A stretch of 59,696 nucleotides of DNA, filler included, from Porpidia crustulata (GCA_964255105.1; 5 parts of 5 records of this genome joined end to end with filler, not necessarily neighbours in it); one strand, 5' to 3'. Shown: positions 1 through 13,875, numbered from the whole stretch's first letter. Numbers and translations are program-made. Notes: generated from the letters alone by a model not told the origin.

Positions 1-863
1 TGATGGGGGGGAAGCCTTCTGCTTTGGAGGTTTCGATCTGCTCGGTCAGGGCCGAGGGGAGCATGCGGCCTTGGGGATCGGTGGCGACGGTGTGGACGGC
101 GGAGCGGCCGAGGCCGAGCATTTGCGCGGCTTGCTCGATACTGTAGTGGCCGTGGGCGCTGGTGAAGAGGACGAGTTTGCGGTTTTGGGAAGCGTTACCG
201 TGTTCTTTGGTATCTGGGAAGAGGGTGTTGCGGGCGATGACGATGGAGGTGATGTTGGAGGCCGAGCCGCCTTGGACGGATATACCGCCGGCGTGGGGGC
301 TGGTGAGGCCGAAGAGGTTGGCCAGCGCGCGGGAGGTGGTCTTTTCAATGATGGTGAGAGCAGGGGAAACCTGATAGACATGTACATTGGTGTTCAGGGT
401 GGCGAGGATGAGTTCAGAAGCAAGGCCGACGGCGTCAGTGGAGGCGTAGAGTTTGTCCAGGAAGCCTTGGTCCCAGGTGTTTACCGAGTACTGGAGGATT
501 TTCTTCAATGATTCAATCAGGCCATTTTGACCAAGACCGTCGTCGGGTAATTGAAAGTTTAGCAATTGAGTGAGCTTCTGCGGTTTGTGGTATTCGACAA
601 GCACAGTCCGAGGCCCACCGCCTTCGACTTGGAGACCATGGCCGGTTCCTTTGGTGCCAGCGTCTTCATCTGCGGCACGGATGAAAGGGATCAAGAGCTC
701 TTGCACCGCATTCAGGAGCTGAACTAGTTAGTGAGATTCTCGAAAGTGGGACTGCTCTAGAAGAATCAAAGGCCACACGAACAGTGGAAACTTCATCAGC
801 ACGAGAAAGGACTGGTTGTTTTTTTGCAGGTCTTTCGGGTAAGCTGGAGCCATCAGTGGACAT
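1..863 (-). CDS. Group II PLP-dependent decarboxylase (GAD65/67-CSAD-like), 5' part; runs off the window start
   Basis: Missing from the ORF track. Manual translation: exon 1 MSTDGSS...RADEVST (ATG 863), intron GTTCGT...CTAAC...CAG, then LLNAVQELLIPFI...YSVNTWDQGFLDKLYAS...LNTNVHVYQVSPALTIIEK...GGISVQGGSASN...LFTSAHGHYSIEQAA. These motifs are typical of this family. Confidence 0.9.
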
Positions 864-1062
864 TTTGACCAAGTAGATACAAATAAAACAGTATATATAT
901 ATATGGGTTTTCTTACTGCTAGTAACGTATTGTATAATATGAAAAAGGTATCATAATAAACATTCGTCTTTTCTCACGGTCTTCCTTTTTGATAGCGTCA
1001 TCGTCATCATTATTTACGTCTTCGGTTGTTCCCGAGCTGCATAAGCGTCCGTCGCCATGCCG

Positions 1063-3197
1063 TTAGACTTTCCCCTGAACCAGAACCCCATTAGCGCCAG
1101 TGCTAAACTTGGATTTACCTGATCCTCTCAATCGGCCTTGTGGTCGTCCTCCTTTGGTGGAAGCAGCAAATCGCTCCCTAGCAAGCTCGATGCCGGTCTT
1201 TACGGTCCCCTGATGCTCGTTCTCCTTCTCCTTCGCATCGGAAATCCATTGAAGTTTCTTCGTTTTATAGGTGTCCATCTTCCAATTTCTCCACACGGCT
1301 CGTCCCGGTATTGACTCCCTCAATAACGCTTCATTGATGAGTAGCTCAGCCGCAATACGTTCTCGTATGAATGTGAGGCCCGCAGTGTTAGCCCAAAAAG
1401 AGTCAATAGTATGCGATGCAATAATGTCCGCAGCCAGTTCCGCCAAATGACCGAAAAACCGCGGTATCAACATCCGTCGGAATTTCAGATCTTGCTCAGA
1501 GGTGGTCAGTGCACCTTGCAAGACGCGTGATCCAGTGCGATCCTTGACGAGATTGATAAGAGTAGGCGTGTCCATTGCAAGCAGTCCTTCGGTGACAATA
1601 TCACGTAAGGAACCCCGTGCTTCGAGCATGCTCTGAGCAAGGAGAGATCCATGAGCCTTTCCACTGTCTTGATTCTCGACCTGCTTCTTCCGATCCTCGG
1701 CCATCCCATCCGTATTCACAGAGTTCAACCTCAGCATACTGGATAGTCTCTCCGCAGGCTCTTGACCGTAAGCTTCACCTAGTGCGAGAGATATCGATGC
1801 CGTATCCACTCCCCTAATTTTACACCGTTCAATTAACATCTTGATGACCGAGGTCCGTTGTCGCTCGACTAGTAATCCGAATTGAGGACTCAGCTGTTCT
1901 ACCGCCTGATGTAGATCTTCCTTATTCAGTCGCTCAAGTATTCTGATTACCACAAAACTAGCGGTCTCATTCTTCGCAATGGTGCCAAGCTTATCTTGGA
2001 ATAAGCCACGATAAAGTGCCTTAAAAGTTTTACCGGGGGCAAGTCTAACAATGACTTCCAACAATCTGGAGCCTACCGAATCGTACAGCAAATGGTTGAT
2101 GAATGAAACCGTATCCGTCCCTTCCTGTGAAGGGTCATCGGGGAGAAGTTTGCGGAAAAGGGAATTCTCCTCCTTTGCTTTTTGCCTTCCAGCCCTCGAA
2201 AATTCCAAGTCTAAGAAAAGCTGCAAGACAGGATTGCCAATTGGATGGCACGCGAGCGCACGAAGATAGGTCGTATCGAGTAGAGTGACTGTGCCTGATA
2301 TCATCTTATCTAAAGCTGCAAGGAACGAATCGGGTACGATTCGAGAGGATCCTTTGCTTTCTACTGGATTTGAGTTTTTGACCGTCTTAGAAATATTTTC
2401 CTTCTTCTTACTTTGTAATAGCGATGTCATGTTAGCATCGGCAAGAGGCTTCCCTGAAAGCACAATCAGAAGGATCCGAAGGGCATGCGACGCGAATGGG
2501 TCAGTCATCAGATAGCCAAGATTTCCTTCGAGCTCATTTAACGTGTATAAGAATAGGTTCTCCATGGATACATAAACCTCTCCCTCCTCTGTTGTCGACT
2601 GTTCCTCTTCTACCGATACTTTTAATTCTTGACTCACGATTGGTGCCGACTGGAGGAATAAGGTCTCGCAACAATGCGAGGCAAAACGATGTTGAGAAAG
2701 GTTGAGGAAGCTAGGATCGTTAGCTACCAATGAATATAGCGCGGTGTAATGCGTCCTTACTGTCCGCTAAATTTTTGAAACAATGCCTTCAACTGGCTCG
2801 GAGTTGACATCAGGATGAGCCGCTCTAGCAGCCTTGAGCAAGACTGGCTATTGGCGATTTTGAGCTCCTTGCCTTTGGCTTCTTTGTAGACATTAGCCAG
2901 GAATAGAGAGCGTTCCTCGGCATCTTGAAATTGGTCCAATTCGAGTAGAGAATCGGCCCGTTTGAAATATTCCTGTTCGTCTTCATCCAGTAATCCATAA
3001 AATTGGATCTCTCCGGGTCCGGTGGCACTCTCGTGGTTTTCATCATATCTAGGTTCATTGCCGTCGAGAATGATCTCGACTTCGGCATCTGGATCATACG
3101 ATTTCTGCCGTTTTGTTGACAGGGGCGCTTCCTGCTCTTCCTCACACTTTCTCTTCTTCTCCTCGCGCCGCCCGCGCTTCTTGTGCTCCTTTGGCAT
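1063..3197 (-). CDS. NOP9: Nucleolar protein 9 (Pumilio/PUF-repeat 18S rRNA biogenesis factor), 2 exons
   Basis: N-terminus MPKEHKKRGRR, motifs FYGLLDEDEQEYF, GKELKIANSQSCSRLLERL and HRFASHCCETL. Intron 2711-2760 (GTAAG...GCTAAC...TAG) joins the two ORFs. Confidence 0.95.
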
Positions 3198-4217
3198 GAT
3201 TCTGAAAGCCGTAGTTTTCTCCGTTGGACGATTGCAAATGGAGGCATTTCACGCATCTTAGATAAGACTCTTATCTTAGCGGCTAAAAGACCTCCCTACT
3301 CACTAAATTTATTCCAACCTCGAAACATTCGACAGTCACATCCCCTACGCAAGCAACATCCCATGCCAACCCCCAAGCAGCACCGCAATACGATACGAAC
3401 GCACCGACGCAATCGCATTCACCAAATGATTCAAAAGAGTCACTAACCCACAATATTCATCCTCTTAACAACTGAACCCCCACAGCTTCCGTACGATGAG
3501 ATCCCTCAAGATCCAAAGCTACCCAAAGAAAGCCATAAGTACTCGGCCAGTCCAAACCACCAGAATTTGACCCAGCACATCTTCAAATTATCCCCTCTCC
3601 CCCCAAGTCCGGCTTCGAATCTTCCCTTCTCCCAAGTAAATCGTCCATCAGTAACAATAACCCCCCCTTAAAATGCCAAGGCCAGGGACATGGCAGTATG
3701 GCAACATGACGACGTGGCCATTTATCCTAATAGCGAGCTTGCACACTTTATTGTACGACAAGCCATTTGGTTTTTACCAGCAAATCCTGATCGGCGCTCT
3801 TCCTGATCGATGCTCTGCTCAGCAACCTGCCTGCTCAGCAGCTGAGCAGGTAAAGCCCTAAGCAAAACATTAAACAGGGCATGGAGAAGATAGGGTACTG
3901 CGCAGGACATTCAGAGGTAGAGTGTTTTACAGGGCATTGGAGCAGATAGATTGCAAATGACCATAGGTTAATATCGAGCAGATGGAGTAATACACAAGAA
4001 AGGCATTGAATCTGTACACGAACCTAATAGCCTACCATTTTGACCTGTCACTCCCGAGCCCATAGGCTATAACTACCAATATTGCGGCCCACGTTGTAAG
4101 CGGGAGAATTGTGTGTGCAAAAACAAGTAGTTATTGGGCATCTAGTACCCCATCCGTGATATTTCTCTATAGAACTCATTCACGAACGGCGAGTTCCAAC
4201 CCACAATCATCCTCGCG

Positions 4218-4983
4218 TCAACGCGAACCCAGGTATCCCAATTCAATCCCTGCCGCAATCTCCGCCTCCGCCCTTCTTCTAAATGCTTGGTACCTATCGC
4301 CCATCCTGCGCCACTTCTCCCTCCTATATAACCTCACCATTGCTAAGAGCGTATACGCCATATACCTGATAGATTATCATTAGCTGCCAAAAAGTCAAAG
4401 CTCCAGCTCACAGTCGTTTCAGCTCGCGGAAAACTTACAACGCAAGAATCACAAGTCCGATGCTCCACTGCACGCCAGTAACATGCTTGGAAGACCACCA
4501 AACGGCTAATTGGAAGATCCAGAGAGTCGTGAAACAACCGGAGGCGGAAAGGGAGTAGTGGGGGTTGAGACAGCTACTTAGATACATGATGCAGTCGAAG
4601 GCTGCGTGGCAAATGGTCAGGGACGGGATTGTGGCGACAAAGATAGTGTAGGTGCTGTTGGAGGCGGACATGGTTAGTGTCTGGAATGTCTAAAAGCGGC
4701 TTATAAGAAATCATGCGCGCATGTAGTGGAAATGGAAGAGATGCAGTGCTTGGATGGAGCAAAGGCGACATCACGAAAGCAGAGAAAGGTCAGAGACTTA
4801 CAACATCAAGGGTGGCTCCTCCACTTCGACATCTCTGGACCGTGTTCTGGCTTCCGCAAGCAGTTTGACTTGCGAAATAACCTCATGGAGGACGACAACC
4901 GAGCAAGTCAGAATTAAGAGCAGAGTTGCGATCATGAATAGAGGTCTTTTGCCCCACATTCTGTTGATATAGACCGATGGCAT
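4218..4983 (-). CDS. Hypothetical small multi-pass membrane protein (~181 aa, 3 exons)
   Basis: Exons 4983-4802, 4654-4439 and 4365-4218. Both introns have GTAAGT donors, CTAAC/CTAAT branch sites and CAG acceptors, and the phases join in frame. About 4 hydrophobic segments and a basic C-terminal tail. Confidence 0.7.
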
Positions 4984-7900
4984 CCTGAGACTACTGGAAC
5001 TGATTTATGGGATCTTTAATTTCAAGGAGCTAGAAACGACAGTAGTTGCTGGTCTTGCCGTAGGTGTTAATGCTGCCTCAACAAAAGACGCTGGAGATGA
5101 CCGGGAAAGCCGTCCTTTAATAATGAATGGAAAATGTAAGCCTATTGACTATAATACTTGGGAAAAAGATGATTTCGAAGCTGCTTTGGAGAAAGACTGT
5201 GATGCCCACGAGTATCTGTTGAAGTAGAACTCGGTTCACAAGAATAAGAAACGCGGTAGCCATCTAGAAGATAGACTCAAGTATGGAATTGGAAAGAAAC
5301 ATCGTCAATTGGCGGTAGGAGTATCTGGCCTGTGGTGGTCGCCCTTTCCCGTTCCAACTCGATCATGAGATTTCCAGACATTGTCGAAGTCCCGTAAGAG
5401 ATAGATTCTTTGGTTTCATCCACGTGGTAGGTCTTGCTGTTACTACAGCATCTTCTAAAAGCGTCTTCATTTATAAATCTTCAAGCACTGTAGTATAATC
5501 CGTCAAGAAGAGATAAATTCATAGCATGATGACTATCCGACTCCCTCAAGCTTTGTCGTCTAATTGTGGCGATCTAGACTGAAATTACACTGAAATTATC
5601 ATCCGTCGCAGGTAACAAAAATCTGGAGTCGATCAGTGACACGTGTGTGTTGGTGATCTGTCATTGCAAGCTATCAAAGCTCTGGATATCCTGGGAGTAT
5701 AGGAACCAGCTGATAAGATTTCATCCGCAATCTTGAGAAAGTTCACTTTCCTCTCATCGGAGTTGATAGGCATCACAACAGTCAAAATTCTATAATCATA
5801 TCTGACCACAGCACCCTTACGCAGGCCTGAAAGAATACTAAGCGACGTGGCAATCCCACGATCATGATTGAACATACTCGTGCTTTGCCAGGGTTATTGC
5901 ATAGGATCAGTTGTACGTTGACATTCGCAAGGCATTCCCTCTTCTGGTAATTATCGCCCTCGAACAGTGCTGCTTGGAAGCCCGCCCTCTACTAAGCAGA
6001 CGTGGAATATGTGTATCCATGGCCTGTTGCACCCCACCTACTTGTCCAGAAAGGTAACGTTTGGAAGTGGTATCTTTTAACTAGTGTGGAGATTAACATT
6101 TTGCGAAATCCTTTCTGAAACTTTGGGATCATCCCCCACGTTGCGGGGTATTAGTTTGGTTTTTATACAGCCCCTCAAGGTTAACGATGCCTGCTCAGTA
6201 ATTTCCACAACTGTTTATGAAATTCCTTTTGGTTGAAGGATCAAATCTGCATATCTGATAGATTCCGCGTGCAGCAGCGATGTAGTCCAATATATCGATG
6301 TGGGAAGGGTCGCCTCGTTTCTAAGAACAGACATGATAGGTCCCAGATATGATTAAATATTCAGGAAAGTAGCAATGTCTTTAGCGGCAGATATGGCGCA
6401 CGTATCAAACGGTTTCAAGGTTCTCATCTTGGAGAACAACGCAGCGAATTGTTGGTGCAGCCGTGGGATCTGTCCGGAGTCCAAGACCGCAATGATAGCC
6501 TGATATATCTAACGATGGCATCAGGCAAGCAACGGCAAGCATTTGACGTCGGACGAGATTAGTGAATCGGCCAAGACGTGAGAAGGCTTTGGGGATTCCC
6601 GACACTCACCAACTTATGTTAGGTGCTTAGCAATTGTAGCAGTACCGGCTTGATGACTAAAATAGCCGTTTAATCCGTGCCGAATAGACGGCCTACGGTA
6701 CCCTAAGGACTTTACTTCGAAGCGCGAGGATCCTCATAGCTCGGGTAGTGGCACACTGTAAAAAAAAAAAAGGAAGCATAAGCGACGCCCTAGGCAAGCC
6801 CCATCAATTTTGCTCAGTCTTGTATCACTAACAGTCAATCAGATGTATATCTTTGAAGTAGTCAATCTCATGCTATGAACAGCCATCGCCGACAAAGAGA
6901 TCATAATAGAATATTAGATTACAAAGAATTTGCAGTTTGAATGAGTGAATGGCATATGAGCAGTTGATCCAACTTTTGGTAAGGTTTCCCTAGGGCCTCG
7001 CTTATGCTTCCATTTTTTCTTCAACGGCGTGAGTGGGATTGTACATGTGGCTCGAAGGGTGGAATGGCAGTCTTGATAGTCAGCACATATCCTGACTCTC
7101 AATGCGTACGTATTCTGCTGAGTAGTATGCAACTAATGTGAGACTTACCTTTCATGGAAGAAGTAGTGGGATGTTGATTTGTGCCTCATGCCGACTAGTT
7201 ATGCAGACTAGCCATTTTATGTATATTTTATGCCTACTTATGCCTCATCTCCTCGTATTAATCGTCTTATGCATACCTTACATTACCTTACATTAGTTAC
7301 CTTTAGATACAATCTATATGATTGGTTCATCGGCGTGATATCAAACTCCGAGACCCTTAAATCCACCTCGCGCCATTTCTCCTTTTGCTCCGAGCTCGTC
7401 ATGTTTTGGTGCCTCTCACACTTCCAATCCCCGATCCCTCTGATCCTAGATCTGTCAGACTCTACCCAATATGGATATCTTACCTTATCAAGCTTACAGC
7501 GTCTCCTGGGTAAGGCCACCAAAACCCGCGACTTCTGTCCACGACGCTCTGTTACGCTCTCCTGGAAAGATCCGTAGCATCAGGAATGAGACCAACTCAC
7601 TGGTCCTGGTGGCTCTTTGAGTCTCAACAATGAAAATCATATTATCATTGGCTACTCGGCCAGGCCTTGATATTGATGGAGTGCCTGACTTGATATGAGT
7701 AAACATTTGCAAGCAGCCAATAAGCTATCATGCTTGATATTAGTCTGCTTAATGTTGGTGTTCGTCCTTACCCTGCCCTATACTGACACTCTGCTTACCT
7801 ATCAGTCTATCACTGTAGGCATCCCTGTTCCCATACGCAGATGCTTTAGAGTTGTTATCCGTCATATGCGGATGCACGCAGGGCTCTTTCTTGACTCTTG

Positions 7901-8269
7901 CCCGCCCACCTTATGATACCTTTACTTTAGCTGTGCTCCGTATTCCGTTCCATTCCGCTTATGCATGCCGCTGACTTTGACCGTCACTCCGTATTATTCA
8001 TAAACTGCTATAGATCGCTGCTTTCCTTTTGAGACATATATAATTGATTCTTTGGGTTTTCGATTCCGCTTACACCATCTGATTAAAAGCTTGCGTGGTT
8101 TTTTGCTCCATCCCGCATTTGCTGACCCTCTTTTTGCTGACCACAACTTGATGTGCGCCTGCCAAGAGCTCCGCCTCATATTAGTCGTTACGATACTCTC
8201 CTCTTGCTATTAAAGTTGTGCCTACGGCAATATTTCACTGCAATACCCATTGGCACGTGTCTTTACAGA

Positions 8270-9235
8270 ATGGTATCGCAGCAAATGAGTCCTTCGTCTG
8301 ACAATGAGAACAATGCACGCAAAAGAGTCTGCAAGGCATGTGATCGATGCAGGTTGAAGAAATCCAAGGTGAGACATACGCTCTAAGCAAGTCTATGACC
8401 CATTGTTAACCAGGACATGACAGTGCGATGGGTCGAGTCCATGTAGCCGATGTAGATCCGACAATACAATATGTGTTTTTGGGGAGCGTAAGAAGGCACA
8501 TGACAAGGTCTATCCTAAAGGGTATGCTTTCTGATGTCCCATAGCGAACGACCGTTGCTCATCGACTTCCACAGTTATGTCGAGATGCTCGAGCAACAAC
8601 AACTTCAATTAGTCAATGGTCTACAAGAGTTATACGAACGCTTAATAAATAACCAGGGCTGGGAGGGCGCTCCTTTGGATACCTCAAACAATGGCCATCC
8701 TCTTACGCACGATATCCTTGAGAGACTTGGCGCTCTCAAGCTCGAAAGTCAGATAAATTACGAGGTTTTCGAAGATAACGTCGATGCGATGCGGAGACGA
8801 CTCATCGCGGACGGGGCCCTTCCTATGCAGCGGCCAAGTTCCGTGGAGTCCGAATACGATCAAAGCCAGAACTCCTTCCCTGACCCAGCGTCGCCCAAGC
8901 TCCACTTCAGTGAGCCTCCGCAGACCTTCAACCAATTTCCACCCACGCCTCCCAACCAAAGTCCTCAGGTTCAATCATCATTCAACACTCACCCATGGCC
9001 AAGTCCAATAAAGGTGGAGACCTGTATGGATTCGGATATGCTTCAGTGCCGGCCGAATTCATGGGTTCAACCGCCGCTCATCTACGAAGAATCTATAGAT
9101 TTTCTACCGTTCAATGCCGCTTCCGCCTACGAAAACATGAGGTCGTTACAACAAGGGACGAACCCATGTCTGCCCATGTCGCATTGGGCCGAAGACGATC
9201 TGGGTAATTTTGAGATGAATACTGGCATCGCGTGA
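8270..9235 (+). CDS. Zn(II)2Cys6 transcription factor, Fcr1 (fluconazole resistance protein 1)-like, 3 exons
   Basis: RKRVCKACDRCRLKKSK|CDGSSPCSRCRSDNTICVFGERKKAHDKVYPKG|YVEMLEQQQ...GHPLTHDILERLG. Introns 8369-8423 and 8522-8574. Confidence 0.92.
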
Positions 9236-11882
9236 TGTGGGCCTGCTTGGTCCGGGGAAACGTTCAACGCCAACCCAAGGATTCACACCGATGGTGTCGC
9301 GACGTGATCCTTTGGACTCGGCTTCTTTTGGGGAACGGAGCATAAGCGCTAAGACATAAATCTGATTTTATGATGGCCAGGCGTATTTGGGGTTCTATCG
9401 GTGGTCTGAGCTCCGCATCCGCATTTTTTGTCGGAGGGTTTCTCGCATTGGACTGTACTTCATTGTGGTGCGGCCGCACGCCATAGCAGTCGATATTCTG
9501 AGGTCCTTGATCAATCTAGTTGATTGACTTTCAACAAGCTTTTTTCTCGCCCAGCCTTCATTGACGTTGCACACCTGTCTTTGCTAGGTACGTCGTCATT
9601 GATGGGCATTCCTAAACACTATGGATCTGTACCAGGAATTTTCTGATCTCCATATGGAAACAATCCTTACTTTGACTCACGGTTTCCTTTCTCCCTAGCT
9701 ATCTCCTTCAGTTGCTGCTACATTATTTCTGCAATATTCTGCTCCTGCAGACTATTGAGATCTGCAGGACGAGATCAAATGAAAAAATAGGAGCTTGACC
9801 GCCTTGAAAAGGTAACGAATCATCTTTCTTTTTCAGCATCCTTTTTTTTGAATTTTTTCAACCGATGATCTCTTTTGCTGCTTGCTCTTCGCTACACCAC
9901 ACCGACTTTTCGCACCCCCACACTCGACATTCAACCACCGCTCCCACCAAGCGAGGTACGCCAACCTCCACCGACTATCGGGGGCTCTGCATGTGGCAGT
10001 TCCCGCAACTGTCCGCTACCGTCCACGGAACATTTTGGCTGCATAAACGTCTGGGTACGCATCGAAGTACCCTATCAGGCTACATCTACCACAGCAGCTT
10101 TGTGGCCTACCGTACCATCCAGCATCTGGTAAACAGCAACAAATCTGCCTTCAGAGATCATACCAGGTACATGATGAATGCCAACTGTCCGATCTGCTTG
10201 CTATACATGGCCTATCCCCTCACTGTCTACCGGATGAACGACATGTGACAGCGGTATCTTATGCAGACTAACAGGTTGCATAGTATGAAGTCGAAAATGT
10301 GCTTGACTTGCTCTGTGCATCGTTGCCCAAGTAGGTGTTGGAAGAATGCACCTGTTCAGTGACTCTGGCAGTTCGGCATATTGCGAGCAACGGGGGGCTG
10401 TACACGTGATCTGACGTTTGAAGAATATTCCGAATGCCGAGGGCGTTTCCTTGAACGGGCATTCGGATATCAAATTACTCCGGGGGGTAATAAAGAATGA
10501 TAATTATTCACGTATGATCCCAGGATCACTTCGTTTGCATTGCTATTTAGGTGTTTTCAAATTGCTGTCAAGTCTGCTGCCTTTGTGCTGTTTTCTGACC
10601 ACATCAAGGTCTGACTGGTGCCTTGTCACCTTGTGCACACTACCCAGTTATCGCGAGGTGGGATTGAGTTCCGCTACACGGCTACGTGGCTCCCTGCCAC
10701 TTCATTCGACGTGAGAGTTCAAGATATCGATATGATACCGTATCAATACGCGCAATACCAAGCACTGGTGTCACATTGCGTTGGAGAGGTAGCAGACTCG
10801 CATGAGGCTCATTGTTCGCGAACTCTGTTCGATGCAGCCTATACGTACCTATCCGGGAGTATCACAAAATGCTTGTTACCTCGTCGGGAAATCCCCGCGA
10901 TCACGTTGGCGAGTTAGATAAGATTAGTTGGTATCATAGGTCGATATCTCTTACGAGTAATCTACCCGGGAAAGCGTTGGTACAGGTCAGCATGCCCGTG
11001 CACCATCACCGAACTCATCAGCACCAACACCGACCACTAACCATCTATTTTGAAACGGAGTGTTCACAAGGCGTGCCGTCGTCCTCTCCTCCACTGTCCT
11101 AGAATTTTAGCCCAGTCCGGAACTCCGGGAAAGGGGACCGATGTTGGCTGACAGATCATGCGTACACTTTATGCACGACGTTGGAGAACAGACTGCTGAT
11201 TATCGTGCATCGTTTGAGACGATACCTGCTATCAGTTTCGTTGGGAAAGTGGCGCTTTGAATCAACAATTTTGACTTACCGGGGATCTGTCTCGACGAAT
11301 TGACGCACTCGCTCAACCGCCTCTCCATGTTATCGCCAAAGGGAAGCAACCTTCAATCTATCAACTTAGACTAGGTAAAGGTCATAGGATGTGTCCAGTG
11401 AGTCGTTTCCTTTGTAAGATCTCTTCATCGAATCCACATCTTTTCCTACCATCTCAGACATCTCCATTACGGATCTTCGTTTCATACGTCCCAAATATCA
11501 ATGAACGGAGCCAGCTCTTAGTGTCGGTGTCGTCTTCGCAACTTAGAGAATCCCATTGCTATACTACGAAGGATAATACATTCTGCATCGATCCGTCGAC
11601 TCTTCGACTCAGTCGCGAAGACAGAACGACTTTGTTTCTACGAGATATGTCCACCAATGGTCATCACTCCATACGGGTCTGCTAATCCATTGCAAAGGCA
11701 CTGCAGAGTTTTGCAAACCTTGAAGCTCGTGTGCCAATCATACAAAGCCTTAGCAAAGGCTATAAGAACGCCGGAATAGTCGAAAGCTCACACGTTTGTT
11801 TTACACAAGAACTACGTCTTCAAAATACATTGCCCCCACCATAAATTTCCCCCACGAATCCTCCACCCTCCCAACCTAAGCC

Positions 11883-11982
11883 NNNNNNNNNNNNNNNNNN
11901 NNNNNNNNNNNNNNNNNNNNNNNNNNTTAATTAATTAANNNNNNNNNNNNNNNNNNNNNNNNNNNNNNNNNNNNNNNNNNNN
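11883..11982. other. Artificial contig linker (N44-TTAATTAATTAA-N44)
   Basis: 100-nt spacer with a core giving stop codons in all six frames; the same spacer occurs four times. Confidence 0.99.
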
Positions 11983-12117
11983 GGGGAGATGTGAATTGAA
12001 AATAGAGATAGAGGAATCGTGAGGGCCAAGGTCGTGTGAATCCAAATGTATCATCAAGAATTCTATGGCTTCTTTTATATAACTTGCTCCAGACCCAGGT
12101 CTTACAAGAACAGGGGT

Positions 12118-13356
12118 TCAAAGTTTCGAGCCCGAGGGCGCATCGATACTGATAACCATCTTTCCGAAATGCTTCTGCTCCCACTGCCGACTCGGTCAGC
12201 GCGAAGCCTGGTCAAAGAAGTGGGAAGGAACATACCATATATTGGAAAGCTTCCTTTAGCTCCTCGAGCTGGAAAACCTTCTCATCAACAACCGGCTTGA
12301 TCCCGTTCGCGTCGATGCACTCATTCATGGCCTCGAATTGCAGCCGGCTTCCCACAAGCACGCCCCTAACCGTCACGATATTATTCAAGCAATCGAGGAA
12401 ACTCGGCTGGTCGCCCTTGACGCCGCCGAGGAAGCCGATGATACTGATGACGCCTTCAGGCTTGATGGCTTTGAAGGATTGGGCCACAGTCTTGGGCCCG
12501 CCGACCTCAAGGATGTGGTCCACGCCCAGTTTGTGCGGGGAGAGGGATTTGGCAGTTTCGCCCCAAGTGGGATCGTCTTTATAGTTGAGGACGTGGTCGG
12601 CGCCGAGTTTTTTGAGGATCTCGGCTTTGGCGGGGGAGGAGGTGGTGGCGATGACTCGGGCGCCTGCGGCTTTGGCGAACTGAATTACGGATTAGTGCAG
12701 TCTTCGGACGCGATTTTGGATATCAAGTTTCGTACCTGAAGAGCGAATATGCTCACTCCTCCCGTTCCCTGCGTGAGCACCGTTTGGCCTGGCTTCAGCG
12801 CCTTAGATTCCAACCCGTACAGCGCGTTCCACGCCGTCAACGCTGCACATGGTAATGTGCTCGCTTGCTTGAAGTCGAGTGATACGGGCATATGGACCAG
12901 TCCTGATTGGTCAAAGGCTCCGTATTGACGTAATGTACCATCAATCACTCCTCCCACGCCTGTGTTAACAATGGCAGTGGTGATGGCGCCACCCATGTGG
13001 GCTTGATTGAAGAGGGTCAGGACTTTGTCCCCGGTCTTGAATCGAGCCACGCGTGAGCCAATGGCCTCGACCGTGCCAGCTCCATCCGAACCTGGGACCA
13101 CGCCATCTTGGATAGGAAAGCCATATTTACCCTATAGATCCGGTGAGCCACGGGCAATCCATTGGGGTAGAGATGAGATTTTGAGCAGACTTACCAATGG
13201 GATGATCAAGTCTCTGTAATTCAGGGAAGCAGCGTGGAAGTGAACGAGGACGTCTTGGTCCCCTAATTTGGGAATTTGGGCCTTCTCGTTCCACTTGAGG
13301 CAATCGAAGCTGCCTTTACCCTGAACATTCCATTGCTTGGTAGTCGATGGTGCCAT
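12118..13356 (-). CDS. MDR-superfamily (zinc-type alcohol dehydrogenase-like/quinone reductase-like) oxidoreductase with C-terminal SKL, 4 exons
   Basis: Motifs AASLNYRDL, VPGSDGAG, ASTLPCAALTAWNAL, QGTGGVSIFALQ, DHILEVGG and VGSR. The last exon reads WEQKHFGKMVISIDAPSGSKL*. Confidence 0.93.
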
Positions 13357-13875
13357 TGCCGGGTGTTTGGATCTTTCTGGTAGTGTCACAATAGAGTACA
13401 AATGAAAGAGATGTTAGAAAAGGATCCGTCGGCTCAGACGGGTAAGTGGAGGACTCTATATGCAGGCCGAAAGGACAAACTCGAGAATGGTCCATGACGT
13501 AGACGCTGAATAATTGATATCAAAGACTGAAAAATATTGGATGTTTATATAACCCTTGGGTAATTGGGCACCTTACGACGGTAACCGCTCATGCTAGCCG
13601 AAATGGCTGTATCATGTCATAGTAAAGTCCGTCCTCGACTCAACCCTAGCGCTAAGGGTTGAAGAACTGATCCAAGAGAAAGAGCCATGAGGCGTACTCT
13701 ATCCAAATCAAACTTGTTAATATTACATTATGTCTGGTTTACCCGAAAATTCTACTGAAGGTGTTGAAAGGACTTGATGAAGATAAAAACTTTTGAAGTA
13801 TTCTGTCAAGATGGCCTCTCCCAACTACCACTTCGCCTGTTCCATCGACCTGTCACCAACGGCTTGTGAGAAGTC

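Noticed and set aside
71..511. 146-aa Gly/Glu-rich plus-strand ORF
   Set aside because: Codon-aligned antisense shadow of the PLP decarboxylase.
6759..6772. Poly(A) run as a SINE/retrocopy tail
   Set aside because: No target-site duplication, Pol III boxes or recognisable upstream body found.
9865..11882. Several 60-130 aa ORFs downstream of the Fcr1-like gene
   Set aside because: No recognisable motifs and no convincing splice model.
11927..11938. TTAATTAATTAA (PacI-like/piggyBac TTAA-like) recurring about every 12 kb
   Set aside because: Artificial six-frame-stop linker embedded in Ns.
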